From the NCBI GenBank assembly GCA_001805965.1, contig MHHG01000075.1, forward strand, positions 8,826 to 72,825: a stretch of DNA of 64,000 nt. The letters are read 5' to 3'. Below the pieces are notes generated by a model, which was given only the letters and a program-made list of their open reading frames with translations, was not told the DNA's origin and did no database searches. Each line of letters opens with the position of its first letter. Within the stretch, counting starts at the first letter, position 1. Of this stretch, positions 40,387 through 50,979 are shown in pieces. This DNA is from Omnitrophica WOR_2 bacterium RIFOXYA2_FULL_38_17 (GTDB lineage Bacteria > Omnitrophota > Gorgyraeia > Zapsychrales > Zapsychraceae). The translations under genes were made by a program, and so were the position numbers.

Positions 40387-41103
40387 TAAAGACCTGTTTC
40401 TCATGGAACGGAGCATCTTTATTATTCCCGCCAAAATGCTAAGAGCTATTACAAGCAGAAAATATAAGCTGCTGAACCTGAACGCAACCGGGTTTGAATT
40501 CAAATATTCTGATACAACATCCGGGTTTTTAAATATACTTACTCCAAGCGCCGCTAAAAGAAATTGCAGCCATAAAATACGCAGAAAAGATGGTGCGGAT
40601 ATAGCCAGCAGGTACCTAAATAATGTTATTCTCGATAATCCCGCAATAAGGTCCTGGAACCTAAATGGTATGAGCGGATTGATCCTTAGTACAAAGGCTC
40701 CAAATACCCCTGTGCTTTCTTTTACTCCTTCTATTTTTGCTTTCTTGAGCTTTAATCTTTGCTGAACAAACTCCTGCCCCAATTGCCTGCTTAAGCAGAA
40801 CAAAACAACTGCATTAAGCATCTCGGAGATCCAGACAAGTATTGTGCTGACATAAGCCCCAAAAAGGACTGCGCTTGCAATCCTAAAAACATCTTTTGGC
40901 CCAAACCATATAAAGCTGGTCAAAACAACATATAGAACAACAAAAATAATGCCGGATAAGACTATTGGAAATGAGGCCAAGAACGTGCGCATACTATCAA
41001 TATCAAATTCAAAGATCTTTCCAAAAATAAAACACATAGCCAAAAAGCCAATGAACAATAGAAAGCTTAACGTTTTATTTGAAAGAATCTTTTGAATATT
41101 CAT
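40360..41103 (-). CDS. TVP38/TMEM64 (DedA-related) family membrane protein
   Basis: Six predicted TM segments; the pattern 'FGPKDVFRIASAVLFGAYVSTILVWI' is typical of the SNARE-associated/DedA superfamily. Confidence 0.5.
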   Translation of the reverse strand: MNIQKILSNKTLSFLLFIGFLAMCFIFGKIFEFDIDSMRTFLASFPIVLSGIIFVVLYVVLTSFIWFGPKDVFRIASAVLFGAYVSTILVWISEMLNAVVLFCLSRQLGQEFVQQRLKLKKAKIEGVKESTGVFGAFVLRINPLIPFRFQDLIAGLSRITLFRYLLAISAPSFLRILWLQFLLAALGVSIFKNPDVVSEYLNSNPVAFRFSSLYFLLVIALSILAGIIKMLRSMRNRSLLKKAQAQV

Positions 41104-41104
41104 C

Positions 41105-43006
41105 TTAATTTTTCTTAGCCCTGTTTGACTCCAAGTTCATCTTTTTGATATATATCATAAGTATCGATATTGCAGCAGGGGTTACTCCGGATATCCTGTT
41201 TGCCTGGCCTAAATTAAGCGGCCCAAAAGCCTTCAATTTCTGTCTTATCTCTATAGAAATGCTGGGTATTGCATCATAGTTGATATCTTTGGGTATCTTG
41301 ATATGCTCTATATGCTTGAACTTCTCGACATCCTTTAGCTGGCGCGCGATAAATCCTTCGTATTTTATTTCATATTCAATGCTTTCGATCATACTATCTG
41401 TTAGTGCCTCTTTTTTACCGCTGAACAATGATATCATTTTATAATCAACTTCCGGCCTTTTCAAGAGGTCGCTTAAATATGCAGGATATCTCAATAAAGA
41501 ACTGTTTCTCTGTCTTAAAGCTTCATTGATCTCTTCTGAATGGGAAATTTTCGTTGACCTTAAATAATCAAGTTCCTCTTCAATTTCCCTGTATTTCTTG
41601 CAAACTTTATCATAATATTCTTTATCTAAAAGACCAAACTCATACCCGTATTTACACAGCCTTTTATCCGCATTGTCCTCTCTAACGATCAAGCGGTATT
41701 CCACGCGGGAAGTGAACATCCTGTAAGGCTCTTCTGTGCCTTTTGTTACCAGGTCATCGATCAGCACGCCAATATATGATTCATCGCGCCCCAGGATGAA
41801 CGGATCTTTACCCTTAATTTTTAAAGCTGCATTAATGCCTGCGATGATCCCTTGCCCGGCTGCTTCTTCATAACCTGTTGTCCCGTTGACCTGACCAGCC
41901 AAGAATAAGCCTTTAATCCTTTTTGTCTCTAAACTAGGCGTGAGCTCCGTTGGCGGTATAACGCTATGCTCGATTGAGTATCCCGGCAGCAATATCACAG
42001 CCTTTTCTAGGCCCCTTATTGAATTTATCATATAAGCCTGAACATCTGCAGGCAAACCCGTAGAAACACCGTTTGGATAAAAAATATCAGTATCAAGCCC
42101 GTCCGGCTCCAGGAACACTTGATGTGTTTGTTTGTCGGGAAATTTTTTCAGCTTATCTTCTATTGAAGGACAGTATCGTACTCCCGTAGCATTTGTGATC
42201 TGCCCGGAATACATCGGAGAGAGATGCATATTTGCTTTAATGATCTCGTGGGTCTTTTCACTAGTATGAGTGATATAACAGCAAAAGAGCTTTTGGTCTT
42301 CTGGGATCCTGCCTGTTTTAAATGAGAAAGGAACAGGAACTTCATCAGAATGCTGCGGGATCAGCATATCAAAGTTTATTGTTTTGCCGTCAATACGTGG
42401 AGGCGTTCCTGTTTTAAATGTGAGGGTCTTGAACCCCAAGCTCTCTAAGCTTTTAGCCAGCCGAACAGATGCAGGCTCCCCTATTCTGCCGCCTGCAGTT
42501 ATTATAGGGCCGCAATGCATTCTTCCATTTAGAAAAGTCCCGGCGGTTATTATCACTGTCTTAGACTTGATCTTCTTTCCGCCTTCAGTAGCCAGCCCGG
42601 TTATTTCATCATTATCAACTAACAATTCTGCTGCCATGTCTTCAAGGACATCTAGATTTTTTTGCGCCCCCACAACTCTTTGCATGTACTCTTTATAAAG
42701 GACCCTGTCGGACTGGCATCTGGAAGAACGAACAGCCTGACCTTTTGAAGAATTTAGCTGCCTGAATTGAATAGCGGTTTTATCCGCTGCAAGAGCCATT
42801 TCTCCGCCCAATGCATCTATTTCCTTAACTATTTGCCCTTTCCCGACGCCACCTATTGCCGGATTGCAGCTCATTTGACCGATCGTGTCAAAAGACAGAG
42901 TGACCATCAAAGTCTTACAGCCCATACGTGCCGCAGCAAGGGCAGCCTCAACTCCTGCGTGCCCTCCGCCAATAACTATACAATCATAATTTTTTTGTAT
43001 ATCCAT
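41105..43006 (-). CDS. mnmG: tRNA uridine-5-carboxymethylaminomethyl synthesis enzyme MnmG (GidA)
   Basis: 'YDCIVIGGGHAGVEAALAAARMG' FAD motif; 633 aa. Confidence 0.95.
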   Translation of the reverse strand: MDIQKNYDCIVIGGGHAGVEAALAAARMGCKTLMVTLSFDTIGQMSCNPAIGGVGKGQIVKEIDALGGEMALAADKTAIQFRQLNSSKGQAVRSSRCQSDRVLYKEYMQRVVGAQKNLDVLEDMAAELLVDNDEITGLATEGGKKIKSKTVIITAGTFLNGRMHCGPIITAGGRIGEPASVRLAKSLESLGFKTLTFKTGTPPRIDGKTINFDMLIPQHSDEVPVPFSFKTGRIPEDQKLFCCYITHTSEKTHEIIKANMHLSPMYSGQITNATGVRYCPSIEDKLKKFPDKQTHQVFLEPDGLDTDIFYPNGVSTGLPADVQAYMINSIRGLEKAVILLPGYSIEHSVIPPTELTPSLETKRIKGLFLAGQVNGTTGYEEAAGQGIIAGINAALKIKGKDPFILGRDESYIGVLIDDLVTKGTEEPYRMFTSRVEYRLIVREDNADKRLCKYGYEFGLLDKEYYDKVCKKYREIEEELDYLRSTKISHSEEINEALRQRNSSLLRYPAYLSDLLKRPEVDYKMISLFSGKKEALTDSMIESIEYEIKYEGFIARQLKDVEKFKHIEHIKIPKDINYDAIPSISIEIRQKLKAFGPLNLGQANRISGVTPAAISILMIYIKKMNLESNRAKKN

Positions 43007-43106
43007 AATATGCTTTTATACGATCAATGATATAGCCAGTATTATCGTTTATTTTAATAATTGAATGCTATAAAGTAACTTGAAATTAAATTTTTGTCAA
43101 TTACTT

Positions 43107-44111
43107 CTATTGGGGGCAGGGACCACATGATTCGCGTACAACCAATACAGGAGGCAATATTTTCTTGCACTGTATTTTCTGTTTTCCGGACATAATGGAT
43201 TGCAGTACTCGCACCGCTTCTTCAGCCATCTTAAATAGCGGCTGTCTTATTGTTGTAACTGCAATAGCTGAGAACAAGCAAGCAGGATTATCATCAAAAC
43301 CCATAATAGATATCTCTTGGGGCACCTTTACTTCTCTTTCATTCATGACAGATATCATCTCAAGAGCCATGTCATCACTACAGGCAAAAATAGCCGTTGG
43401 ACGGTTCTTTAGCGCAAGGAACTCCTCAGCTGCCAAGCGGGCACATCGTCTTGAAAAATCGCCCTCATAAATATATTCTTTTGGAAGGTCAATATTTTTT
43501 GCTTTTAATACCTTTTTAAAACCTTTTAATCGTTCATAACCTGACTGAGTATTCAAATTGCCTGTTACAATCGCAATTCGTTTATGTTTAAGGCTAACAA
43601 AATAATCCGCAGCGATCTCTCCGCCTAGAACATTATCAACTGCAATATAGTTAACGTCGAGGTCTGCAACTTTATTATTAATGACCATGCAAGGTGTTTG
43701 AGCAGCAACAGCCGCCTCGACTTGCTTTCTGTTCTCGATCACATCAGCAAATATAACGCCTCCAACATTGTTTGTATTAAGAGGATTGAAACCATTGGTT
43801 ATATGAAAAACCATATCAAGCCTCAACGATTCACAGGCATGGCCAATTCCTCTGATCAATTCAATTGCATAATATGAATGAAAGATCCCAGGATACCCTG
43901 GCATAACAAGGCCGATGGAGTTGTTAACACCTCTAGCTAAACGCTGGGCACTAACATTGGGCTTGAATTTAAGGAAAGCAACAGCTTCTTCAACTTTTGC
44001 GCGGTTTTTATCAGAAACGGTAAGAACATTGTTTATAACACGGGATACTGTGGTAATTGACACATTTGCCCGGCGAGCGACATCTTCTATGCTAATTTTT
44101 TTATTATTCAC
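43107..44111 (-). CDS. LacI-family transcriptional regulator
   Basis: HTH 'ISIEDVARRANVSITTVSRVIN' plus a periplasmic-binding-protein-like effector domain. Confidence 0.85.
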   Translation of the reverse strand: MNNKKISIEDVARRANVSITTVSRVINNVLTVSDKNRAKVEEAVAFLKFKPNVSAQRLARGVNNSIGLVMPGYPGIFHSYYAIELIRGIGHACESLRLDMVFHITNGFNPLNTNNVGGVIFADVIENRKQVEAAVAAQTPCMVINNKVADLDVNYIAVDNVLGGEIAADYFVSLKHKRIAIVTGNLNTQSGYERLKGFKKVLKAKNIDLPKEYIYEGDFSRRCARLAAEEFLALKNRPTAIFACSDDMALEMISVMNEREVKVPQEISIMGFDDNPACLFSAIAVTTIRQPLFKMAEEAVRVLQSIMSGKQKIQCKKILPPVLVVRESCGPCPQ

Positions 44112-44122
44112 TGTTTTAAGTA

Positions 44123-45469
44123 CTACCTAACAATATCCCCTGCCTTTAGCCTGGACCATTGATCTCTAATATCTGCTGCAGAAATATCATTTCTAACTTG
44201 TATAACTTCTAAACGAGCAATATATTGAGAATCCCTATATACGCTCAGGTTGTCTCCCACATTAATACCAGATCCTTCTCCGATATCAACAATAACGAAA
44301 TTGTTCTCTTCATTGACACTGACGACTCTTCCATCATAACCGGGTGAAGCTTCTTCTGGATTAAAACTAATGCCCGGACCGCCTTCAGCGCTCACAACGA
44401 TTGGAGGAAGCTCGACCTCGCTTGAGGACGTCACTTTATCACTGGTTGATTTAAATGCTTGATCTATGCTCTCTTTGATCTCCCATATCTCATCGATCTT
44501 AGATTGGATAAGGCTATCAGTCTTTCCTAGCTGGCTTTCAATGTTTCTCTTTTCCTGCGTCAATCTAACAATTGTTTTTTCTAAAGCACCCTTTGTTGAC
44601 ACTAATTGGCCCAGCTGCTCACGCAAAGCTGAATTCTCTGTAGTAAGTTTGTCAACCCTATCCGCAACAAACTTCTTATCGTTCTTAGATCTTGCAAGCT
44701 CTAATGAAAGGCTATTAACCAGATTTTCTTTATAAGCAATCTCACGGTCAACTTCTTCTTTCTCATGATTTAATATATCAAGCTTTACTTTCAGCTCATT
44801 ATTCTCTCTTGTAACTTCGACGACCTCAACTGAATGGGAAGAAACTTCATCTTTCAGCTTCTTAAGCGCAATCTCCAATTCAGCTTTATCTCTTAGAACA
44901 GAAGCCCAATATTCTTCATTACCTTCATCCCTAGAAACAACTTTTGTTCTTGTATCATAAGATGGTTGGGGCATTGTAATAGCAGGGACTTTTTTCTCGA
45001 TCTTTTCTGGTTCGGGTAACGGCGATGGTGATGGTTCTGGTTTTGGTTCAGGTGGTCTCTCTTTGTAGATAATTTGTGGCTCTGGCTTTTCTTTAAGCTT
45101 TGCAAGAAGTTTATCTCTTTCGTTCTTCACGCTCTCTATACGCTTTTCCCACTTATCACGATCTTTTGTAACTGTATCAATATCTTTAAGTAATTTCTCG
45201 ACCCTGCTTTCTGCAGCAGTTACTTTCTTTTGATATTCTCTTTTTTGATCATCGGCTATCTTAGCTTGCGTCTCAAGGTCTTTTTTAAGCTTACCACTAA
45301 CTTCCTGAAGATTCTTTTCGCTTTTACTCACCTGTAAAAGCTCTTGTGATAGCTTTTTGTTCTCTTTTGCCAATTTGTCCTTGTCTAAACTGACTTTACC
45401 GGCATATATAACACTGCCTATCAAAAGAAAAACTAAAATAAACAAACTTTGTTTTGCAGCTTTTGACAT
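44123..45469 (-). CDS. Membrane-anchored coiled-coil protein with a Pro-rich linker and a C-terminal beta-rich domain
   Basis: An N-terminal TM segment, about 250 aa of heptad-rich coiled coil, 'PEPKPEPSPSPLPEPEK', then 'RVVSVNEENNFVIVDIGEGSGINVGDNLSV'. It lies 12 nt upstream of the LacI regulator, so it is probably co-transcribed with it. Confidence 0.5.
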   Translation of the reverse strand: MSKAAKQSLFILVFLLIGSVIYAGKVSLDKDKLAKENKKLSQELLQVSKSEKNLQEVSGKLKKDLETQAKIADDQKREYQKKVTAAESRVEKLLKDIDTVTKDRDKWEKRIESVKNERDKLLAKLKEKPEPQIIYKERPPEPKPEPSPSPLPEPEKIEKKVPAITMPQPSYDTRTKVVSRDEGNEEYWASVLRDKAELEIALKKLKDEVSSHSVEVVEVTRENNELKVKLDILNHEKEEVDREIAYKENLVNSLSLELARSKNDKKFVADRVDKLTTENSALREQLGQLVSTKGALEKTIVRLTQEKRNIESQLGKTDSLIQSKIDEIWEIKESIDQAFKSTSDKVTSSSEVELPPIVVSAEGGPGISFNPEEASPGYDGRVVSVNEENNFVIVDIGEGSGINVGDNLSVYRDSQYIARLEVIQVRNDISAADIRDQWSRLKAGDIVR

Positions 45470-45912
45470 CCGATCTCCTTAATATAATAATTAATTATCC
45501 TCAATATAACAAACTATCAATTTCAATACAAGAATAATTCATTTTTTTTTAGCTTTTTTTTTATTCAGAACACACAAAACAACAAAACCTAAACATATCA
45601 TAAAAACATACAAAACAAGGTGTTAAAACAATTTATCCCTCGAGATAACAGGCAAATAATGCTCCCAATAAAATCAAAAATTCTTGTTTAAGAATATTCC
45701 AGTTTTTTTATACCGCAACCATCAATTTATACTTTTAACAAAACACCATTAATACATTTTTAATTTTTTAAATAATGCGTGGGACCAGTGGTTTTATTCC
45801 TTTCTCTAATAGAGACCGAACATTTCTCTAAACAAAAAAACTGCCTAAATAGTAAACACTCTATCCAGACAGCCAACATGTTAACGTATATTACTTCAGG
45901 CGTTACACACAG

Positions 45913-46572
45913 TTATTCAAATTTAATTTCATCTAAATAAAAAATGCATGATTGCGAATTGACATCCGCACTAGTGGTCCAAGAAAATCCGCCGCTAATA
46001 TAGGAAAGGTCTTTGCCTCTTAAATCAACAGTATACTCCTTCCATTCCTTTGTTAAGATAATAGGGCCAATTACTGCAATATCAGAATCAGGATAATTTC
46101 CAGTAATACCACCAATCGTAATTTCCTGTATCTGTTCTCCGCCGTTTTCACCCTTTGCCCAAAAAGACAGCTTCTGCGCTCCTGTTAAATTATATCCGCC
46201 TTTTCTTTGCCCCCAATTGTTTGGCGGATTAAGCCAATATATTCCTGCCCAGTTCTGATCCTCTCTCGAACATTGAACCCCATATACAATCCTCATACAA
46301 GTTCTTTCACTGTAACAATTCTCAGTATAATCATCACTAAAAGCCAAGCATTTTCCATTTGGCATAAAACCTGATGGGACATAATGATTTTCCCGGGATC
46401 CTTTGTTTGAATAAATATAGAAAGGTTTGAAACTATTGTTTTTAACATCAACTGCCTGCTCATCCTGCTTTGCTTCAATTTTACTGGCAGATCTTTCTTT
46501 TAATTGAGCATGTTTTTCACAGCCGAATATAAAAAGCAAGCACACCAATAAAGCCGTTTGCAACACTTTCAT
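45913..46572 (-). CDS. Lipoprotein with a carbohydrate-binding-module-like beta-sandwich domain
   Basis: The start was chosen at 46572 (Shine-Dalgarno GGAGGA 9 nt upstream) with signal/lipobox 'MKVLQTALLVCLLFIFGCEK'. The C-terminus 'CIFYLDEIKFE' resembles a CBM fold. Confidence 0.5.
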   Translation of the reverse strand: MKVLQTALLVCLLFIFGCEKHAQLKERSASKIEAKQDEQAVDVKNNSFKPFYIYSNKGSRENHYVPSGFMPNGKCLAFSDDYTENCYSERTCMRIVYGVQCSREDQNWAGIYWLNPPNNWGQRKGGYNLTGAQKLSFWAKGENGGEQIQEITIGGITGNYPDSDIAVIGPIILTKEWKEYTVDLRGKDLSYISGGFSWTTSADVNSQSCIFYLDEIKFE

Positions 46573-46735
46573 TTGACGCATTCCTCCCTTTGAAAATAAT
46601 TTTCTTTTGATAATTGGATCCAAGACAAATTGCTTATTATTATACAAAAAAGAAATCCCTGTTCTAATGCCTATTTTTATAGTCATTAGAACAGGGAATA
46701 GACAAAATATCAAGCACAACTATTAAAAAAATATT

Positions 46736-47587
46736 TTATCCCATTTCATCTAAAGCTTGCTGAGCGGCTTCTGCTGGCTTCCAAAACCATCCTTGGGGAT
46801 CCCAACACTGTGAATAAAAATATTTATCAATTAATTCTTTATAGACTTTTTTTGCTTCATCTACCTTTCCAGCTTTCTTTAAAGCTTCTGCTTTAATAAA
46901 AAGTGAAGTTCCCACATCATTAAGAGCCCAATAATTAAAGATCTGTTCTCTTGATTGCCAAGGATATTCAGTTAATGAATCTTGCATAGTTCTCGCTTTT
47001 TCACCATAAAGCTCAACTACTTTGTCTGTATAAAGAGATATTGTTGCAACGTCTCCATCTGGCAATGCCCTCCAAGCTTGTCCGGTAATAAAAGCTGACG
47101 AGTAATCACCAAAATCGATTACTGAGCCAGAATCTATCATCGCCAACTTTTCTTTTGCAGCTTCTGCAGGCTTCCAAAACCATCCGTTAGTATCCCAAGC
47201 CTGTCCATAAGTAAATTCTGTCATCAACTTTTTGTAAACAGCTTTCGCCTCTTCCTTCATATCAGCTCTGCGATATGCTTCGCCCTGAATGAACAATGAT
47301 GTTGCAACATCATTCAATGCCCAATAAGAAAAGATCTCATCTTGTTTGCCTTGCGGATAATCAGTAAGTTCGCTTTGCATTTTAATGGCTTGTTCAGCAT
47401 AAAGCTCTAAGCACTTATTAGTGTAAGCTAGAACCGCTTCAGTATCTTTCTGATTAAGAGCTTCCCATGCTTTTGTTGTTAAAGTAACTGACCTAAAATC
47501 ACCAAAATTATAGGCCATCGCTGCTTTTGGAGAAACAAAACCAAAAGATGCCATTAACAACAGCGTTACAATAAAAATTTTCTTCAT
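46736..47587 (-). CDS. Secreted protein made of two copies of an uncharacterised ~125-aa helical module
   Basis: A signal peptide is followed by two repeats sharing 'YWALNDV.TSLFI..EA...EAK.VYK.L...Y.Q.WD..GWFWKPAEAA'. Confidence 0.55.
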   Translation of the reverse strand: MKKIFIVTLLLMASFGFVSPKAAMAYNFGDFRSVTLTTKAWEALNQKDTEAVLAYTNKCLELYAEQAIKMQSELTDYPQGKQDEIFSYWALNDVATSLFIQGEAYRRADMKEEAKAVYKKLMTEFTYGQAWDTNGWFWKPAEAAKEKLAMIDSGSVIDFGDYSSAFITGQAWRALPDGDVATISLYTDKVVELYGEKARTMQDSLTEYPWQSREQIFNYWALNDVGTSLFIKAEALKKAGKVDEAKKVYKELIDKYFYSQCWDPQGWFWKPAEAAQQALDEMG

Positions 47588-47741
47588 TCCTTCTCCTCCT
47601 TTTATACTTTTTTATGATTTAATAACTATTTAGAAATGTGTATTAAAGTATACAACATTTTTTTAATTCTGCCAATTAATCTCAAAAACCATTTTTTTTG
47701 TAGGGTGCTTATAAAGGGCTTTTGCTGCCACCAAGGTCTTA

Positions 47742-50087
47742 TTACTTATTCCAAAGTTCTTTATAAACAAAGTAACTTTTTCTAAGTTGCCGCAGATAAG
47801 GACTGTGCGTTCCGATACCTTGCCCTACAAGACCAAACCATTCTTCAAAATAATACCCCCCAGGAAAAGGGCCTATAGCATCTGATTTTCTATCATGCAT
47901 GTAAGGCTCATAGTTTTTCCACCATTCATCCATCCACTGAAAAGCTATTCCGCCTAATGAATTTCCAACGCCTTTAGCATTTCCTGCTGTATTCTCATCA
48001 ATGTCAAGCCAGTTGCCCAGATGATAATCCGCCTGAGCTGTCTCTGCTTCATCTAAAGATAAATGCGGTGCAAAAGCCGGACACCCATATTCTGTAATAA
48101 AAGCCGGCTTTTGGCTTGCATCCTGTACTTGCTCCCAGAAAGAACCAAAACCATAGTTTCCACGATAAACATTTGCTGCAAAGATATCAACGTTGGGACA
48201 GAACTTGCCAAAAAGGTCCAGATACAAAGTATCCCCGTTACAAATAGCAACTGGATGATTCTTATCAACTGATTTGATCCATTGGGCTACTTCATCAATA
48301 AACTTAAAATAAGCTTCCGGCTTGCTGTCTGCATTGGAGGCAACACCATAATTATTCTCATTTCCTAAAAGCCACATCAGGACATACGGCTCATCTTTAT
48401 GTCTTAAAACCATCTTTTTTACAGATTCAAGCATATTCTTTTTGTGTTCTTCATTTTCATAGTCTGTTCCTTCAAACCAAGTTGCGCCAGAACCTTTTGC
48501 ATATTTACCCACAAAATCTCCAATTATAACTCTGATACCATAATTGTTATACATATCCGTCATAAGCTCTTTGTTCAATACTTCAGGGTCATGATAAACC
48601 CTTATAGTATTAGCACCCATTTCCTTCAGCAACTGAAAATCACCCACTACTGTCTCATCAGAATCCTGCTCATTGTTCCTGTTTTTATCAACCCAAGAAT
48701 CATATGGGCCATCAACTTTACCATTCTCATTCGAGTCTTCTTCCATCCAGTTCTCTAAAGTGCCTTTATCAGGACTTTGTCCTATTTTAGTCGGCGTATA
48801 TGTGATACCTTTAATAATATATGGTTTTCCGTTTACCAACATTTGCCAATGACCATTATCATACTGGACCAATCTAACGTCACCAGAACCTACTTCCTTG
48901 ACAACTTTTCCTAAAGGTACTTTTTCCTTTAGATCAAGAGTATCCTTAACCTTGCTTATTATCCCCTTATTGACAATTCTTCCCGGGAACGTAATGATCT
49001 CATCATTTTCCGTAAAATTATCAAAACCATTTATAACTTGTATATTCATCCATTTACTATCCAGGCCAAGCTCTGGATGAAGCCTTATAATATGCCTTAT
49101 TTTAGCAATTGCCGCCTGGGCTGGATACCAGGGCGTCTGCCAATTGGTCCATGATACAGTCTTTGGGAAATGGACTATTAATGCATAATATGCCTTAAGG
49201 GCTTCGTGATACATTTTAGCCTTCTCAAATATCATTCCGATATAAAAAAGCTTCACTCCTTGCGGCTCAGGAGCGGTTACCCATTTAAAATATGCAGCCT
49301 CAAGGTCATCGCTATTGACAAAATCCCAATGTTTACCTTTAAGTCGCCCTTCATTTCTAACAACTTTAAATCTTGGGTTATTATAAACTGAGCTTGTGTT
49401 AGGATAAATACCTTCGCCAACTGCCATAACAAGCCCTTCAAGGTTCTCTATTTTGTATGAATATTTACTTGTCCCAACCTCTATAAACTTGCCATACTTG
49501 GTATAATCAATTACATTTTCAGTCCCTATTGTATAAAGTATCGGCTTTGTTCTATTTACTTTATTAAAATGCTCCTGAATGTCTTCCTCATATTTTCCTG
49601 TCAAAACATCAATACTTGCCTGGCTTTTTTCAACTACAGACCAATACCATCCCCTAGGATCCCACGATTGAGCCCATTTGTATTGCTTGATAATATCTTC
49701 AAACTCTTTTATAGCCTCATCAGTTTTTCCCGTGTTCATCAAGGCTTCAGCTCTGATAAACAAACAAGTAGCAACGTCATTTAATGCCTGATATTCATCT
49801 TCCGTACCCGGTACAGGAAAATCAGTCATGCTATCTTGGAGAAAAAACGCTTCATCTCCATAAAGTGCTATACACTGCCCTATAATATAATCAAGTTTTT
49901 CCATGTCCTTTTTATAAGAAGCCTCCCAGGCCTGATTAACAAGCTCTTTGGAGGAAACTTTTATTTCAGCTACCGCCTCTTCTATGGCAAAAGATATTTG
50001 AGGAAAAATCATTAGCAAAACACCGCTAATGATAAGAATCAATACACTGTTAGAAAGATTAAATTGTTTTTTAATTGTTTTTTTCAT
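47742..50087 (-). CDS. Secreted glycoside hydrolase with a GH2-like TIM-barrel catalytic domain, preceded by one copy of the same helical module
   Basis: Signal 'MKKTIKKQFNLSNSVLILIISGVLLMIFPQISFA'. Module 'ALNDVATCLFIRAEAL...WDPRGWYW'. Catalytic-domain matches to LacZ/GusA blocks: 'HKDEPYVLMWLLGNENN' (acid/base NE), 'WIKSVDKNHPV', 'FITEYG' (nucleophile). The track ORF begins 10 codons upstream at a TTG. Confidence 0.6.
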   Translation of the reverse strand: MKKTIKKQFNLSNSVLILIISGVLLMIFPQISFAIEEAVAEIKVSSKELVNQAWEASYKKDMEKLDYIIGQCIALYGDEAFFLQDSMTDFPVPGTEDEYQALNDVATCLFIRAEALMNTGKTDEAIKEFEDIIKQYKWAQSWDPRGWYWSVVEKSQASIDVLTGKYEEDIQEHFNKVNRTKPILYTIGTENVIDYTKYGKFIEVGTSKYSYKIENLEGLVMAVGEGIYPNTSSVYNNPRFKVVRNEGRLKGKHWDFVNSDDLEAAYFKWVTAPEPQGVKLFYIGMIFEKAKMYHEALKAYYALIVHFPKTVSWTNWQTPWYPAQAAIAKIRHIIRLHPELGLDSKWMNIQVINGFDNFTENDEIITFPGRIVNKGIISKVKDTLDLKEKVPLGKVVKEVGSGDVRLVQYDNGHWQMLVNGKPYIIKGITYTPTKIGQSPDKGTLENWMEEDSNENGKVDGPYDSWVDKNRNNEQDSDETVVGDFQLLKEMGANTIRVYHDPEVLNKELMTDMYNNYGIRVIIGDFVGKYAKGSGATWFEGTDYENEEHKKNMLESVKKMVLRHKDEPYVLMWLLGNENNYGVASNADSKPEAYFKFIDEVAQWIKSVDKNHPVAICNGDTLYLDLFGKFCPNVDIFAANVYRGNYGFGSFWEQVQDASQKPAFITEYGCPAFAPHLSLDEAETAQADYHLGNWLDIDENTAGNAKGVGNSLGGIAFQWMDEWWKNYEPYMHDRKSDAIGPFPGGYYFEEWFGLVGQGIGTHSPYLRQLRKSYFVYKELWNK

Positions 50088-50109
50088 TAATAACCGGCTC
50101 TTTTGTTGT

Positions 50110-50955
50110 TTACCCAACTGTTGCCCCTGTGATTATTCCTTTAAGACTATGCTTCTGCATTGCCAGGAATACAAAAATGATCGGAACTGCCGCAATAGTA
50201 AGCCCTGCCATAAGAACAGGATAATCAACGCTATGCGATCCCTGAAATTTCATCAGCCCCGTCTGTAAAGGCATCAAACTGTTCTCGTTCAATAACAGCT
50301 GCGCCAATATGTATTCATTCCAGACATTAAGCGAATTGAAAATGATGATAACCACTATTGCAGGCTTTGTCAATGGCAACCCAACATGCCACCAGATTCT
50401 TAGCTTGCTGCAACCATCAATACGGGCAGCATCTTCTAGGTCTGTGGGCATTTTATCAAAAAATGTTTTGAGTAAAATTATGCTCATTGACAAACCAACG
50501 TTTATCATACAAAGTATATATCCTATTCGCGTATTGGCAAGCCCCAGTTTTGTCATCAGCACATATAAAGGAACAAATCCACCCGGAAGAGGGATCATCA
50601 TTGCGGCCAAAAACATGATAAAAAAGAAGTTTTTGCCAGGAAATTCTAATCGAGAAAAGGCAAAAGCTGCTAATGATGAAATAATTACTATGCCCGTAAC
50701 AACTACAACTGTATACAAAATACTATTCCACAAATAAATACCAAAACCTCCCTCTATCCAGGCTGTAACATAATTGTTGAAGTTAATAACTGCTGGTATT
50801 ATGGATTTATCTGTAAATATTGTGTCCAGGCTCATTAAAGAAGAACGAAACATCCAAAAAAGAGGGAATAAACACGTTATTGCAGCAACCATAAGGAAAG
50901 CATGAATAATGACACTACCTAACAATTGCAACATTCTATATTTGTTCGTTTTCAT
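50110..50955 (-). CDS. Carbohydrate ABC transporter permease (MalG-like)
   Basis: Six TM segments and an EAA-like loop 'DAARIDGCSKLRIWWHVGLPLTKPA'. Confidence 0.85.
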   Translation of the reverse strand: MKTNKYRMLQLLGSVIIHAFLMVAAITCLFPLFWMFRSSLMSLDTIFTDKSIIPAVINFNNYVTAWIEGGFGIYLWNSILYTVVVVTGIVIISSLAAFAFSRLEFPGKNFFFIMFLAAMMIPLPGGFVPLYVLMTKLGLANTRIGYILCMINVGLSMSIILLKTFFDKMPTDLEDAARIDGCSKLRIWWHVGLPLTKPAIVVIIIFNSLNVWNEYILAQLLLNENSLMPLQTGLMKFQGSHSVDYPVLMAGLTIAAVPIIFVFLAMQKHSLKGIITGATVG

Positions 50956-50979
50956 ATTAATCCAAAAACAGGTTAATAT

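Noticed and set aside
50085-50118. 1-nt discrepancy between my manual base counting and the ORF-track coordinates near 50.1 kb
   Set aside because: Probably a counting slip on one display line; the track coordinates were used for all CDS boundaries there.
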